DNA of 64,000 nt, from contig NW_019091357.1 in the NCBI RefSeq assembly GCF_001949145.1, positions 996,671 through 1,060,670 on the forward strand, given 5' to 3'. The stretch comes from Acanthaster planci. Its lineage: Eukaryota. Positions 26,996-40,273 of this stretch are shown here, in pieces. Under the pieces are notes generated by a model. It was given only the letters and a program-made list of their open reading frames with translations. It was not told the DNA's origin and made no database searches. The position numbers and the translations under genes were made by a program. Position 1 is the stretch's first letter. Each line of letters starts with the position of its first letter.

Positions 26996-29384
26996 GTAAG
27001 ATAAGTTTGCTAATGTTTACCTCTACTCTGTTGCATATTTAGGAGATAAGAGGGAAGGCATTGAATTTGTCTTTTGTCAAGAATAATCCACTTTGTAATG
27101 ATTTTGCTGAAAAACACAAGTAACAGTTATCCTCGTTTAAAAAGTGACCTGCGTCGACTTAGCCGCATCGCTATTTTTATAGCCCGGTGCAAGAGACTTG
27201 CAAACGATGAATACTCAAAAGAACTTCGACATTTATTATACTTTTCGTCCTTACTGATCTAGATTCAAGCATTGTATCTCCAAAGTATCAAGGATTTTAC
27301 TGAACCGTTGCCAGTTGTGTTTAAATTTAATAAATACGGCATTTGTTTTCGTTAAAGAACCCACAGACCGTTGCAATTTTATCGATTATCACTTCGCCGT
27401 GTCTTTTCCTTTGAATTCGCGAGACGACTAGACAAGGTGCTTGCACTGTCGCAAGTTCTTCGGTGCTAAAGAGATCCTGCGCTTGGTGTGAAATCAAGCA
27501 CTAATGACTGAGAAATCTGCAAGGATTAATTGTGCAACGTGGCGCTCAGGTGTTAAGGCACTCCGCCCGTCACGTTTCGGTGATGTTAGCAAAAAAAGTG
27601 GGTCGACCGTCGCGGTCATTTGTGCATTTTTGGGAGATTTGCTGTCTCTGACATTGTGAATTCCGGAATATTTCATATTGTCTAACCCTCATAGGTCCAC
27701 GTCACGCGGGAATTGTCTCAAGGAGACACAATTACCAAAGTTGGCGCTATATGCAGTGCCAATATTTGATTACTCATGTCCTTGTAGGCCTAACTCTCCT
27801 TTTTCCCCAAAAAAGAAGTAACACGTTCCAGCGTCTCAGTATAATAGCAGCCCAGCTGAGGCCATAAATTCTTGTTCATCGTTTGACAAGGCTTTCTAAA
27901 TTCGAGGCGGTTTACTGTTTAATTAGCATGAATACATATATCATTCCAAAAGCCTTTGCAATATCGACTGCGGTACAGTATACCGTTTAGCAAGTGTCAT
28001 CGTTTCTATGGCTGCAAATGGATTTGGCGAGGGCCATAAATTTTGTACTCGGTTAGCAATGAGTCTTCTCTGTTGGAACCGCAGGCTGAATGGTTTAATA
28101 GAAATTGTTACAGAGTGACGATTTAAGTACAGTATAGAACTATGGAAGTCTTTATTCGTCATTATATTGTGACCCACTTACTGAGATGTAATTGTGTGAT
28201 GTGTCTTTTGTCGGTCCCGCTTAGCTGGATTGGTAACAGCTAAGCAGGTTGATTTTTTTTATTACGTGTGCACTCCGGCGTTGTCCCTTTTCTAGCTTAC
28301 ACACCATTAAACTTGCTGTGATAGCCTTACGGCTATCCGCCGATAGCTCATGGTTGTCCATTCGTACCATTCACCCCCTGAAAGCCGTCCATTTACAAAC
28401 TTTTCTAATCGAGTGCCTTGTTTCCTACCGAATGTTCCTGGTCTTTGCCCTTTCCTTTCCACCTGAACAGGTCAGAAGCTGCTATTAGTATTATCCTATT
28501 AAAAGCTATTCATAGATTGAGTCTGGCAATGCAGAAAATTGATTTTGACTGCAAGGTTAATGGGGTCATTTTGTTCAAAATTATACGACGCCACGACTTG
28601 ACACGACCTATCACTTTTCCTGAGTAGAGTGCCATTAGGCATGTCAGCTTTCATCATTCTGTTTTATGTAGTCGTACTTTTTGCAAAAGTGGAGTCGTTT
28701 TCTTCTTTATTAGAATGTTCTCAAGTCCGCAGAATTTTTATGGGTGATTAGGGATTTTATCTTCAGTCTATTATTAAGGGAACAATTTTAGTTCTTTTTC
28801 GGGCTTGCCGTAAACTGGGTTGCCGGTTGGACTCAAGCCGGCTGTTATATGAATTTGGCAGACTAAAACGAAAGAGGGAGAGGCGTTCGTTCCTGATCGG
28901 TTTCCAATGAAAACAGAGTAAACATAAGTCATCCACGTTCCTGTGTTAGCGTATTCAAGCACCAGTTAGCGTGACGAGGAACCGTCTGTTTGGAAGGTCT
29001 GATCCGTTGCCGTCATGGCCCCTCACTTCTGTAGGGTCTTGCGTAAAAACGGGTAATACTGCAAGGTTTTAAACCTCGCTCTAACATGTCAAATATTCCT
29101 GAGTGTGGTTATGCAGCTTCCACTTGAGAATATCTTACTTCCTAAAGTTGATGTGACGACATCATTCCCTTCTTCCTTATTGCTGTCTTTCCCCTGCCCA
29201 TTTTCCACCTCAAGGATTACAGCGTGAAAGTCTGATAATGGACCCCGACACCCTCGGCCCAGCTTTCTCGCGGCGTACGATTAAAGCGTAGTCAGCATTG
29301 CAGATGTAGACCCCTCGGTTCTCTGTGAGGGGAATTTCTCTCTGAACTGCTCTTTCTTTCCAAACAGGTATACCTGCGGCGACA

Positions 29385-29674
29385 TTGAATAACCTGTGGC
29401 TGACAATGTTTCAATATTGGACACATTCGCACCGTGCATGACATTATATTTGACGTGGGTAGCGGCTGACTTGGGACAACAAGCTGCAAATTGCCTCCTA
29501 AGGGGAATAAGTTTTAAGAAATTTCAATTTAGTTTGAATAACCAGTGGCTGAAAATTTTTCAATATTTGACACATTCGCACCGTGCATGACATTATTCAA
29601 CGTGGGTAGCGGCTGACTTTGGACAACAAGCTGCAAATTGCCTCCCGAAGGGAATAGGTTTCAAGAAATTTCAA
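29385..29674. repeat. Tandem duplication, two copies of a ~149-bp unit
   Basis: ttgaataacc.gtggctga...gacacattcgcaccgtgcatgacatta...gtgggtagcggctgactt.ggacaacaagctgcaaattgcctcc...aagaaatttcaa at 29385-29527 and 29534-29674, with scattered substitutions. Confidence 0.92.
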
Positions 29675-29813
29675 GTGCAGGCGATTGATGGCATACGTTT
29701 TGGCTGCTGTGCACTTGTGGTGCTAATTTGTTCGAAAGCTACCTCGATATCATAGGGGAGGATATAAACCCTTCCAAATCTTCTTTCTGATACGGGAAAA
29801 AGGGGTGGCAGAC

Positions 29814-29977
29814 ATGGGAGACTTTGAGACGCATGGTGGCGGCAGACAAACCGGTCCTTTTCCTCGGTTGTGCGCGTGCTCAGAACTAACGCGCATGCCT
29901 AGAACTGCACGCGCATGCCCACATCAACAAAAAAGACCGTTGTATCTGCCGCCACCATGCGTCTCAAAGTCTCCCAT
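29814..29977. mobile_element. 164-bp palindromic MITE-like element
   Basis: Perfect 33-bp inverted repeats atgggagactttgagacgcatggtggcggcaga (29814-29846 and 29945-29977), continuing imperfectly inwards; the centre has two cgcgcatgcc copies. Confidence 0.85.
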
Positions 29978-32900
29978 TGTTAAATTGCGCAGCTTAAATT
30001 CATAATGCGTCTCCTTGTTTTGCGACAAACGTGCTATTGGATCACTCCATGCTACTGACATGTTTCTATAAAACCGTCTAGTTATTGTGAACTTAACGGT
30101 TTATTTGTTTAGCAATGCACACTGTGATGGCTGGAAGTTTCTATCCATATAACCATGTGGTATATAGAATGTTGGTTTGTACATGGGTAGATTTTAAATT
30201 GTCTTATGACAACCAGAAATGCTTGCAGTGTATTGCGGCATTCTGAGCGGATTTTTTTCTCTACTCTTTTGCGCTGGTCACGGTCCCATAATCTGAACAC
30301 AGTTTGCCTCGGTTTGGTTTAATTCGTCGCCATTGAAAAGTACTCCCGAATGAAATCGATTTGACTGTCTCCACGATTTTTAGTACATGTAGTTTGCGTA
30401 CTGTGTGTGCATGTAGGTTTGGTAGGAATACAGCATCACCTTTTGTTGTGCCTAAAGGCATCTGACATTTTACGGTTTATAGCGAACATAAGTGGGTGTC
30501 CTTGCTCCGGCCGTACAAAGGCATGTCACACGGTGTTTTGCCAACAAATCTGTGACATTTCGATCCATCATGGACAGATTTCCAATTTCCAAATGTAAAT
30601 GAAGATTCTACGACTCAGTGACGAAGTTGGATTCTGTGGTCCTATTTTAGAGTCTGTATGTTCGATTTAACGTCGCAATTATGGCATCGATTGTGCTAGG
30701 TCCTATTGAAAAGAGACGACAGGATTGGACCGTCGAATAGACAGATTGAACAGCGTCATGAATCAGCTGCTGAAAGAAAGGCGTCAAACTTAAGGTATCA
30801 CTGTATCAAATTGGATGCAGGAAACAATATTACAACCGCTGTTGTCTGGACCTCATATTTGTAAAAGCAATTAGGGGAGGCTTTCTGACCAGGTCACTGA
30901 CCCTTTGGCCATGAGGCAGTCGACCCAGCCGTGTCGCTGAAGACTTTTTATTCCAAGCCTAATTGGTTAACCTAATCAAAGTGTTAATGAAATGTCTTTA
31001 GAGATCCACAATGATGCTTCAACATATAACTCCTACGTACCCCTCCGAGCAAACCCAATACTTTTTGGCCTGGATTGCAAATGCTCAAATTATACATGAT
31101 TGCGTTTACTGCTTGCCTCAACATTTTGGTACGAGAAGAAGTTGCTTGTCAGCAACCCACTCACAGTGACATATAGCCTTCTTTGAATTAGCATCTGTGG
31201 GTTTCAGGTCACATTTTAATATAGGCTGATTAACTAGATGATCCTCTTGTAGAGACCCTACAAGATGTTGTTTCTCATCCGGTTTTAGGTGTGCACATTG
31301 CTAGCAGCGATAGAAAGACTTTTTAAATCCGTTTAGGCCTACGCATCAACACAAAGAGTACCGGATTATGCTGCAATTTCACCATGCAAGTGTTGTCAAT
31401 CCAGTCCATCTCGTCCGCTGACATGAAACAAATTGACGCACCTTGTTTTGAAACTCAGACTGCTGACGATTTTCAACATTTCCCCTGACACCTCAGAAAT
31501 CTCCGTAAAAGGTAAAATGCGATTACAGCTGTACACCGTGAAGACACAGTCTGGTAGACGCAAATCAAGACTTAATTCCTAAATGTAGTAGTGTTTGTCA
31601 CGACTGGACCTGACATCTTCTACCAATTGAGACTTATGCCCAAATGGCAAAAATTAACGGATAAGTTTTCTGCTTTGAGATGTGAATTATGTCGGATTGT
31701 AATCAGACAGAATCCAATAATGCCTGAGCACTTCGACATGGACTTGAACACATGTTGCGACCTTTAGGGGAGATTTACGGTCCCTGTGGAAGCGTAGGTG
31801 GACATGATATGTTGTGCAGAGACGTATATGGATGTGCATGAACGTCGAGACGCGCGGGAGGGACGGGGTTTCGCTTCCCCCTGCTGCATGGAAACACTTG
31901 GAAAATTAAAAGGAGATAAAAGACAGCAGAAAGAAATGAAACAGAAAGAGATGCGAGGGGATTGAAATCTCCACTTGGCTTGGGAAAATTCAGAACCGAT
32001 TCCCTGGGCCCATTAATGGTTATTCCGTTGCTGATGGGTGTTTTGCAATCCCCCTGCAGGAAACTGGTCCCACAACAAAAAATACTGCCGAGGCCCATTG
32101 ATATGGAGAGGTGAGTTTTAGCAAAGATGGACGAGCAGATTTAAGTAGGCCAAGAAATATAAACACGATCTCCCCCGGCACACGCAGGTTTGATGACTGT
32201 GTTCTTCACGGTGTATGAAAGATTGTATACTAATACCCATCAACTGTCAAATTTACAGGCGTTGAAGCAAAAGATACCTGGGATCGATCGTGCGTGGGGA
32301 AAATACACTTCAGCTGATCGAGAGGAGGTTTCTAGGCACACATTTACAATTTTTTTTTCACCATGCATGGGCTGCCATGGAAAGGACTGGATTCGTCAGA
32401 AGTTTGCGGATCTATCTACGCAAGTTTGTTCATAGCAAAAGAAAAATCGAATCTCTAGCAAGAGAGATGAAACACAGAAGTAATTCCGTCAAGTTAATCT
32501 ACATTGATAACATAAGCGCTGTTGTGGCTTATAGGCCTGTTGGTTGCCGAAAACAGTATGCTTGGTCGACAGTCTCTCACGCTATGATGCAGTGAGTAGC
32601 ATAATTCGTCAGGTGCATGTATATCAAACAAATTCCGCAGGTCACTCTATTTCCTTTTCTGTTTCTTCCCAGGAATTAGCGAATTCCTTATGGTGTCTAA
32701 CTCAGTATTATACAAGTGAAAATACCCTGCTCTCGTGTGGGACAAGGTCAGATCTAATGCACGTCAAGACTTCAGAGTATTAAGGAAGGATTTAAGATTT
32801 TTGGTTTTTTCCTTGGATTATTTAAAGGTTTGATTCTCCTTGTCGATGGTAATATTGCGTCTTAGTCCTTGGACTTCCTTCCTCAACCACTCCTGATGTT

Positions 32901-35900
32901 GCCATAGGAACGCTGTTACCACTGTCTATACGATACTGCATCTGTTGCTGTCTTGGTGAATTCCAGCATGCGTTTATCTCCATGCAAGCTCACACTGGTC
33001 GATATTATGTTTGTGTTTGATGTACCTGAATGCTGTTCTCCTCACTCTTGCTGCTACAGTTGGTGATCATGCTTCATCTGAGCATGTCCCTATAGAGAAT
33101 TTGTGATGACGTTCAATTTGTTATGTTGTTCTTGTTTGTAACAGGTTGAATGACATGCTGCGCATCTACAAACGATCTATCTTTCTTTGTTTTTGCGTTT
33201 CCTGGGCCAGTACAGATGTTCCATCGTTAACCTAAGACCGTTTTGAGTAAATAATCAGACTACCTGATTCTTTTACCGTCACGCAAACCCAGCACACAAA
33301 GTAGGCTATCATTTGTATTGCCAAAACTGACCTGGCAGTGAACCACGTAAAGAGTGAGGAATCGATACAGCCAAGGAGAGGCAGTAGATGTTTAGGCAAA
33401 TCCGTTTGACGGTCGGGCGTCTTATCTCACCTGACATCGGTGACGAGAACAGTTTCCTTGTAACCTTGTACTTCACACGTCTTTAAAATAAAACAAAAAT
33501 AACCGAAGCTGGGTCGATGCAGTGGTTTATGGCACGTGCAGGTTTTGACCTTGGCCTGGAGGTGTGATGGTGAAATGACATCTGAGAAAATACAGTGAGA
33601 TTTTGAGGAGAAACAGTTGGCCTTTCAGTTCAGCGTTTGCTATGAATAATGTCGGTCTTCTCAACAATTATTTCTTGTCCATCGTCAGTCTTCACGTTAT
33701 TAAATTTGCGCTCGGTTTTATGCCGGAGTCGGTTCTTGAGACAAACCAGCACACGTCCTCTTGCGGCAGATTTGAGCGAGCGAAGAAAATCGAATCATTT
33801 GGGCTCAGGCACTCATCGATGATGAAGATTTTTAACTACTATTGGCTGTTTACGTCTCTTAATGGATATAGCCTGTCGGAAGTCTGTATCCTGCTCGTGG
33901 GTAGAAGACAGCCTGGGTGTGTCAGAAAAGATGGCTGCGTTTTAGTCTCGATCGATCGATAAGCTTTTACTGAGAAAAATCTGGAAACAGACAAGTCGCT
34001 GCGGCACACAGGCTGAAGAGCAATTTCAAATGTTATTTTCAGGGTCGTGCAGCACAACGCCTAGCAAATTATGTAATCATTTAATTATTATGCAGTTCAC
34101 ATATTTGCTCCCACCAAACATGCATGAGCACCAGCGACAGGATGGTGTCATTAAGGGAAGAAGCTACAATGCATGTAGTGCTTTAGAATACCTGCCTTGA
34201 TGTTAAATTGCCATTTGAAAAGTACAAAACGCACATCTTAATCTGATAATCTGGGTCTAAGATGTTGATTCAGACAACGTTCTTCTCTCATCAAAACCAG
34301 CCTCTGACAAAAAGGCTGGAAAAGTAGACACTGCCTGCCTCCTAAATAAGATCACAAATGCAGATTCGTCCGTCTGGATTGGGCCATGCGAGTAATAATT
34401 TAGCCGTGGATCGTGCGGGGGCAAATTGTTGGCAAGTGTTTGATAGAAAACAAATTGGATTGTTGTCCGAACCGTCCGTCGGGCTAAAACCTAATCAACA
34501 CTAACCTCTGCTTTTATCCTAGGCACTGACGACACAATTAAATTTCAGCTGATGGCGGTTTGAGGCTGTGGGCTGTCAACAAAAAAGCAGCGCATAGGCG
34601 GCACACACGCACCCACACGAACCGCGAAGGGAATCTTACTGCTTGATTTAGAAAGAAGAAAGGACCATGCCGTTTGACTTGAACAACAGTTCCAAATTAA
34701 CTAGACGCTTTTATCGTCCGTCCGTCTATGGTCTGTAATGAAAAATGTTTTCATATTCAGTGTGCACCATGTAACTGTCGTTTCTTGTTTGTCGATCCGG
34801 ACTTAAAAGGTATTTTTGAAAAAAACATGACACATCTTTTAAATATTGCATGAGGAATTAATAGCTGCAGGTGCAAGACGATAGTGGTGATGTGGCTTGT
34901 CTCATTGGGAATCAGAGCGAGACATAATGAATGTTTATTGAATCACAGTTGCGGATTGGCAGGTCCTCTGGGCAGAGTGGGTCTCAACGACCAAACTTGC
35001 TTGTTCCCTGTGCAAACAGGCTCTGATGACACTCGTAGCGTGAGACTAATGGGCTTGGGAAGGGCATGAGCGTCATTCCCGAAGCCGTCAGCCGTTTCTT
35101 GCGGCCCCAAGGGCTTCTCTTTCACGGAATTATAACTTCCTTCTACCAATCTACTCATCAGAAAAACTACCAAATTATGTTAACCGATGATCAGTTTTAC
35201 AACGAGTTCGACTTATTTTTTTAAGAAAGGTAATTTGATGGGGTTGAAGAGTACAGACATGCCTACCATAGCCTAAGCATTAGAGTGGTTTGTCAAGGAA
35301 TTGGACACCGCAAGAATTGGCTACAATTGTACTTCATTTCAGTCGGTGCAGAGGTTCAACTTTAAGGTCTGCTAAGTCTTTCCTTCTCGTTGAGTTACAT
35401 ATCAGATATTTGCACACGTGAGACGAAAAACTAATTTCACCGAATTCGGTAAGCACGTCGATAACAAACTTGGATCCACCGGCAGCACTGTCGTCCGAAA
35501 GGTGGTTAGTTAATGGTTTGGTATTCAGCTGCGACGAATTCTCTGATGCTTATCTATCGAAGCCGTTTTAATTCATTTTCTGCAAGTCAGAACGTCATCG
35601 CGTAGGTCAGTTTAAATTGTCGAATAAACGGCTTCTGTTGTTGAGTATATAACCCACTGAGCTTGATAACTTGACAAATTTGATTTCTACTTCATCGTAA
35701 TGCGTGCGAGCAACTGTTTGCTGTGACGTAAAGTATCGATGAGGGCTCCATGTGTACGTGTGCAGAGGCGTTGGAATAATCTAATGGGAATGAGCTACCG
35801 TTAAATTGAGACCTTAAACCTAGACAAGCTAGGAATTGAGACGCTGCCTGCGGCCGGGCTGTGTGCCGAGGAGACACGAGGATTTCTCTTGGCTCTCAGC

Positions 35901-38900
35901 TGCATGTTTGTCCACTCATTTCCTGTCTCCTGTCTGAGCTACAAAAACATTCTACGTTGCCACGAATAGGCCTATGGAGGGTTGAAGAATCGGCATAGGG
36001 AATCCTGTATCAATATCTGACGCACCATTAAAAGTGAACATTCAAATGTGACACGAAACCCGCCCCCAGAATGGCAACAAGTTACACCTGCATGGAAATA
36101 CCTTGTACGTATACGGACGTAGTCGACATAAAAAATCAAGACAGTTAATAGACCGATTGCGCCCACTAAGTCACATTTTATCGGATAGGATACGTGTGGT
36201 TACAGAAGAGGTGACAAGGAAATCTTGGTACAAACAAAGCGAAAACATGAACATAATGACGACTTGAGGGATACATTTGTGCTGAAAATGTACATTTAAT
36301 TGATTTACCTCCTGACCGGCCACTTTATCCAGCACTTCGATTCCGTGAAAATGTGCAGACTTGACAGAAGCAAAATCAGTGTCTTGACATTTACCATAAT
36401 TGCCAATGCCACCACATCAAGGACGAAGCTGTGACATGGCCAGGTCCCCTCGTGACATTGTCCAATCAATATATCAGCAGTCAGACCCAGCTGTCACATC
36501 ATGTCACTTTGGTCTAAACCGCAACCCTTTCTAGGAACGCGTGACAAAGTACGTTAGCTCACTAAGTTATATTGCAGATTGGATTTTAATTGAGACTTTA
36601 AGGTGACAACGAAAGTCTGCCGAGTTTTCATGTCGAGTTATTTTCCCATGAAATCTAACGAACTCATATCCCACGAATATCCATTAAAATCCGAGGAACT
36701 TCAGTACAAAAAAAGCACTGTTAATGCTCGGAAGTATTGTAAGTACCATAAGTTTGAAAACAAGATGAGATCTATCTCAGACAATAAAACCTGTTAAAAA
36801 AACCTCATGGAGACTGAAATGTCACATCGTCTTTGGTTGTTGGACACTGTTTGCTTTCTAGTGAAGTGTATTAAAAGCGTCCGTTCGGAGCAGCCTTCTG
36901 ATTAGATTCCACAGGAAAAATGCAGGCGTTCAAACTTTTAGAGGATGACATAAGCACAGTGTACAGCCCATTCACAGCTATTAAGGAGCGGTTGATGTGA
37001 TTGGGCTAGCTATAATCAATACAGTTACCTTGCGGGGAAATTTCGATTGTGCCACTAAATTTGTTGTGGCGCTCAGTTTCATGTTGTCTAACATACCCCA
37101 AGCTCTTGGTCATATCAACTGCCTCCGGTAAATAAAACCGTCCTTACTTCTTTACCCTTGGCCATATTTTTCTTGAGGCATCGATTCAACCTCATGTCTC
37201 GGCTGAGTTTGTTACTTCTGTTTTCACAGCAAACCCCAGAAGAGATAAGATTTCAAAAAATGATGCGGCGTAATCAATATAGCCCGAAGCTCGCAAAAAG
37301 CACCACTTAGCTGTGCGATTGCTATAGACATTGAAAGGTTCGGACGCAAGCAAACGAATACCTAATCGTTGAAATATTTGCCTAACGGTACAATGGGTTG
37401 TTTGTTACAATATCGCTTTCCATTTTTCAAGCCATGGGGGAAAAAGTAACATAAGTCGAAGACAAAAAATCTGAGGGCCATCGTCAGACACTGCTCGAGT
37501 GCTCTCTTCCCGTATCATTTCTAGTTTTGTCTGTGGACGTGTGGGGCCCTACGTTCAAGGAACACTCCGTCATTGTCCGCAAGTGACGTTTGATGTGGTT
37601 TTGAGATTTCTTTCCATGCAGGACAGTTATCTTTCCCCAAGAGCATATTTATTTTAATGAACTTTCCTAAAACGTATTGCATCTGATTTACAATTCGTGT
37701 GCTGCATAAATCAAAATTTCCCCATGTACTATAATATATAAATTTCCAGTCACAAGTAATTTAATTGATCTCGATTTCGTAGTTTTTGTCTCAAGTATGG
37801 AAGCTTACCCCGTGTCAGTGAATATGGTACACTTCCGTTATTGAATGTTCTGTGTGCTTTGTAAGCGACCAGTGATGTTACCAAGCTTTGTTAACGTCTT
37901 TTGGGGCCTATGAAGCTGTATCATTCCATTGACAAATTGCTATCCTTTGACTAAAACAAATTTATATTTTAAGCTTTGAGTAATTTATAACTGGTATCCG
38001 TCATTCTTATCATAATGGGTAATCAGGACATCGCGTTCGGTACTTCGTATGCCGTCGTTGCTTTACATAAACCACCTACTTAAACCAGTTCATACTACAG
38101 GTATAAGGAGTTGAGTTCTTTTTCCAGTAAATTGTGCAAAACAAACTTTTGAACTATTCACTTTGAAATGTTAACTTTGGGTCTCCAGACGATAACCAAT
38201 GCGCTCCTTGGGTATTTGATTTCGTCTTGTTTCTAGGGGACTCACAGAAGCATCCGCCCCGTTTTCAGAGAGGAGAGGGCACGTCGAAATAGATATTACA
38301 AGCGTGATTTGTAACATGAGTGCCCTTTGTCAACACGTAATATGCTGCTTACAGAAAGTGCAAGGCAGGAATTGAGCAGTGTCCCCGGATGAAGAGCCTG
38401 CAGTTAAACTATAGACGGGGTAACAAAGTGTTTATATATTCAGTGTGTTTGCTTGTCATGAGGCAAGATGCAATCAAGTGTGTTTAGTCTCTGTGCAGCA
38501 TCAGCATTAAACCAAATGCCAGTTTGGTCGGATATTTCTCACCAGTAGCGTTACAGTAGACACCCAGCATTGCTCATTTATCATAATAAGCGAGCCTAAT
38601 ACATAGCATGCTCTATTGGCGTCGATTACGCCATAAAGTGTAGTGACTCCGTCGGCCTGGCACCTTCATAAGAATGTTCTGAGGAGTTCATTACCAGCTG
38701 ACGGGTTTCGTTTGTGCACAGCTGCACCTATCAGTCACTGTTAATGCAAAAAACATCAACTCTCTGACCAATCAAATCCACGCCGATACGCTCTGGAAAA
38801 CATCAAATCTTCCCCGAATGAAATGAGCGCGCTCAGATTTCATGTCTCTCTGTACTTTCCATTTGTCGCTACCAATCACTTTATTTGATTCCTTAGAGGA

Positions 38901-39805
38901 AAAGTTGGCCTGAATGTATTGGGCCAATCATCGGCTGATAGATAATCCCTCGGAAATACACGAGCTAATGAGTGCCAAATAGGCTGTGAATAATTCATAA
39001 TACCGGGCATTCGACAGTGCGACCATTTATTTTGCATTTACGTCACTGTTTCCAACCTATCGCAACTTGTATATCAAACTCTGCAGTTGTCCCTAACCAA
39101 TCACAGTCTACAGTAATTTGGTTAAGTTATACATGGTATGCTTATGAATGGAAAAAACCTCAACGTTTGCGAGTAAAAAAGTTAAGCATAAAGTTTGATT
39201 TCAAAAATGGTACTTGATGCGAACTTTGCAAAAGAGCACAGAGGTTACAAATTCTCAATGAATAGCACAAGGAATGTCTTTGAAAATGTTACACTCTTTT
39301 GTGTGTTGATGAAAACATCTTGAGGACGGTTTTGGCGTGACCTTGCTAGAAAATAGGGAGAAAAATACCGTTGCCAAATGACCAACACCAGAGCAATGAC
39401 AGACAACCACTTGTATAAATTACCACCGGACAATAAGGTGTTTCAGTACTGACCTTGAGATTTTACCTCACTCAGATATCTATTCAGTTGTAAAAATAAA
39501 AATTCTTCGATTCGCCAGTGGCTAAATGAATATAACGGGGGAATGTCGCTATTCACCCCTCTGATTTAAAACAAGTTCTTCGCTGAATTTGTGAGCTCAG
39601 ACTATGAGTACAAAAATATTTGAAATGTAAAGCAGTTATGAAATCAAACTCAGTGTTCATAGGAATGTGACTTATTCATGAATTCGTCTGTTGGTGGGGT
39701 AGATTACCTTTTGTATATCAGTGATTCCTGCAATAAGCCTTTTGCGAGTAAAACTTTGATAAAATCTGGTTCACTTGGTTCTTTGAATTATTGTGAACAT
39801 AACAA

Positions 39806-40273
39806 NNNNNNNNNNNNNNNNNNNNNNNNNNNNNNNNNNNNNNNNNNNNNNNNNNNNNNNNNNNNNNNNNNNNNNNNNNNNNNNNNNNNNNNNNNNNNNN
39901 NNNNNNNNNNNNNNNNNNNNNNNNNNNNNNNNNNNNNNNNNNNNNNNNNNNNNNNNNNNNNNNNNNNNNNNNNNNNNNNNNNNNNNNNNNNNNNNNNNNN
40001 NNNNNNNNNNNNNNNNNNNNNNNNNNNNNNNNNNNNNNNNNNNNNNNNNNNNNNNNNNNNNNNNNNNNNNNNNNNNNNNNNNNNNNNNNNNNNNNNNNNN
40101 NNNNNNNNNNNNNNNNNNNNNNNNNNNNNNNNNNNNNNNNNNNNNNNNNNNNNNNNNNNNNNNNNNNNNNNNNNNNNNNNNNNNNNNNNNNNNNNNNNNN
40201 NNNNNNNNNNNNNNNNNNNNNNNNNNNNNNNNNNNNNNNNNNNNNNNNNNNNNNNNNNNNNNNNNNNNNNNNN
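39806..40273. other. Assembly gap (468 N)
   Basis: Run of n from 39806 to 40273. Confidence 0.99.

Noticed and set aside
28219..28245. 9-bp hairpin gcttagctg/cagctaagc (similar small hairpins at ~5874, ~9725 and ~48510)
   Set aside because: Stems this short are expected by chance in 64 kb.
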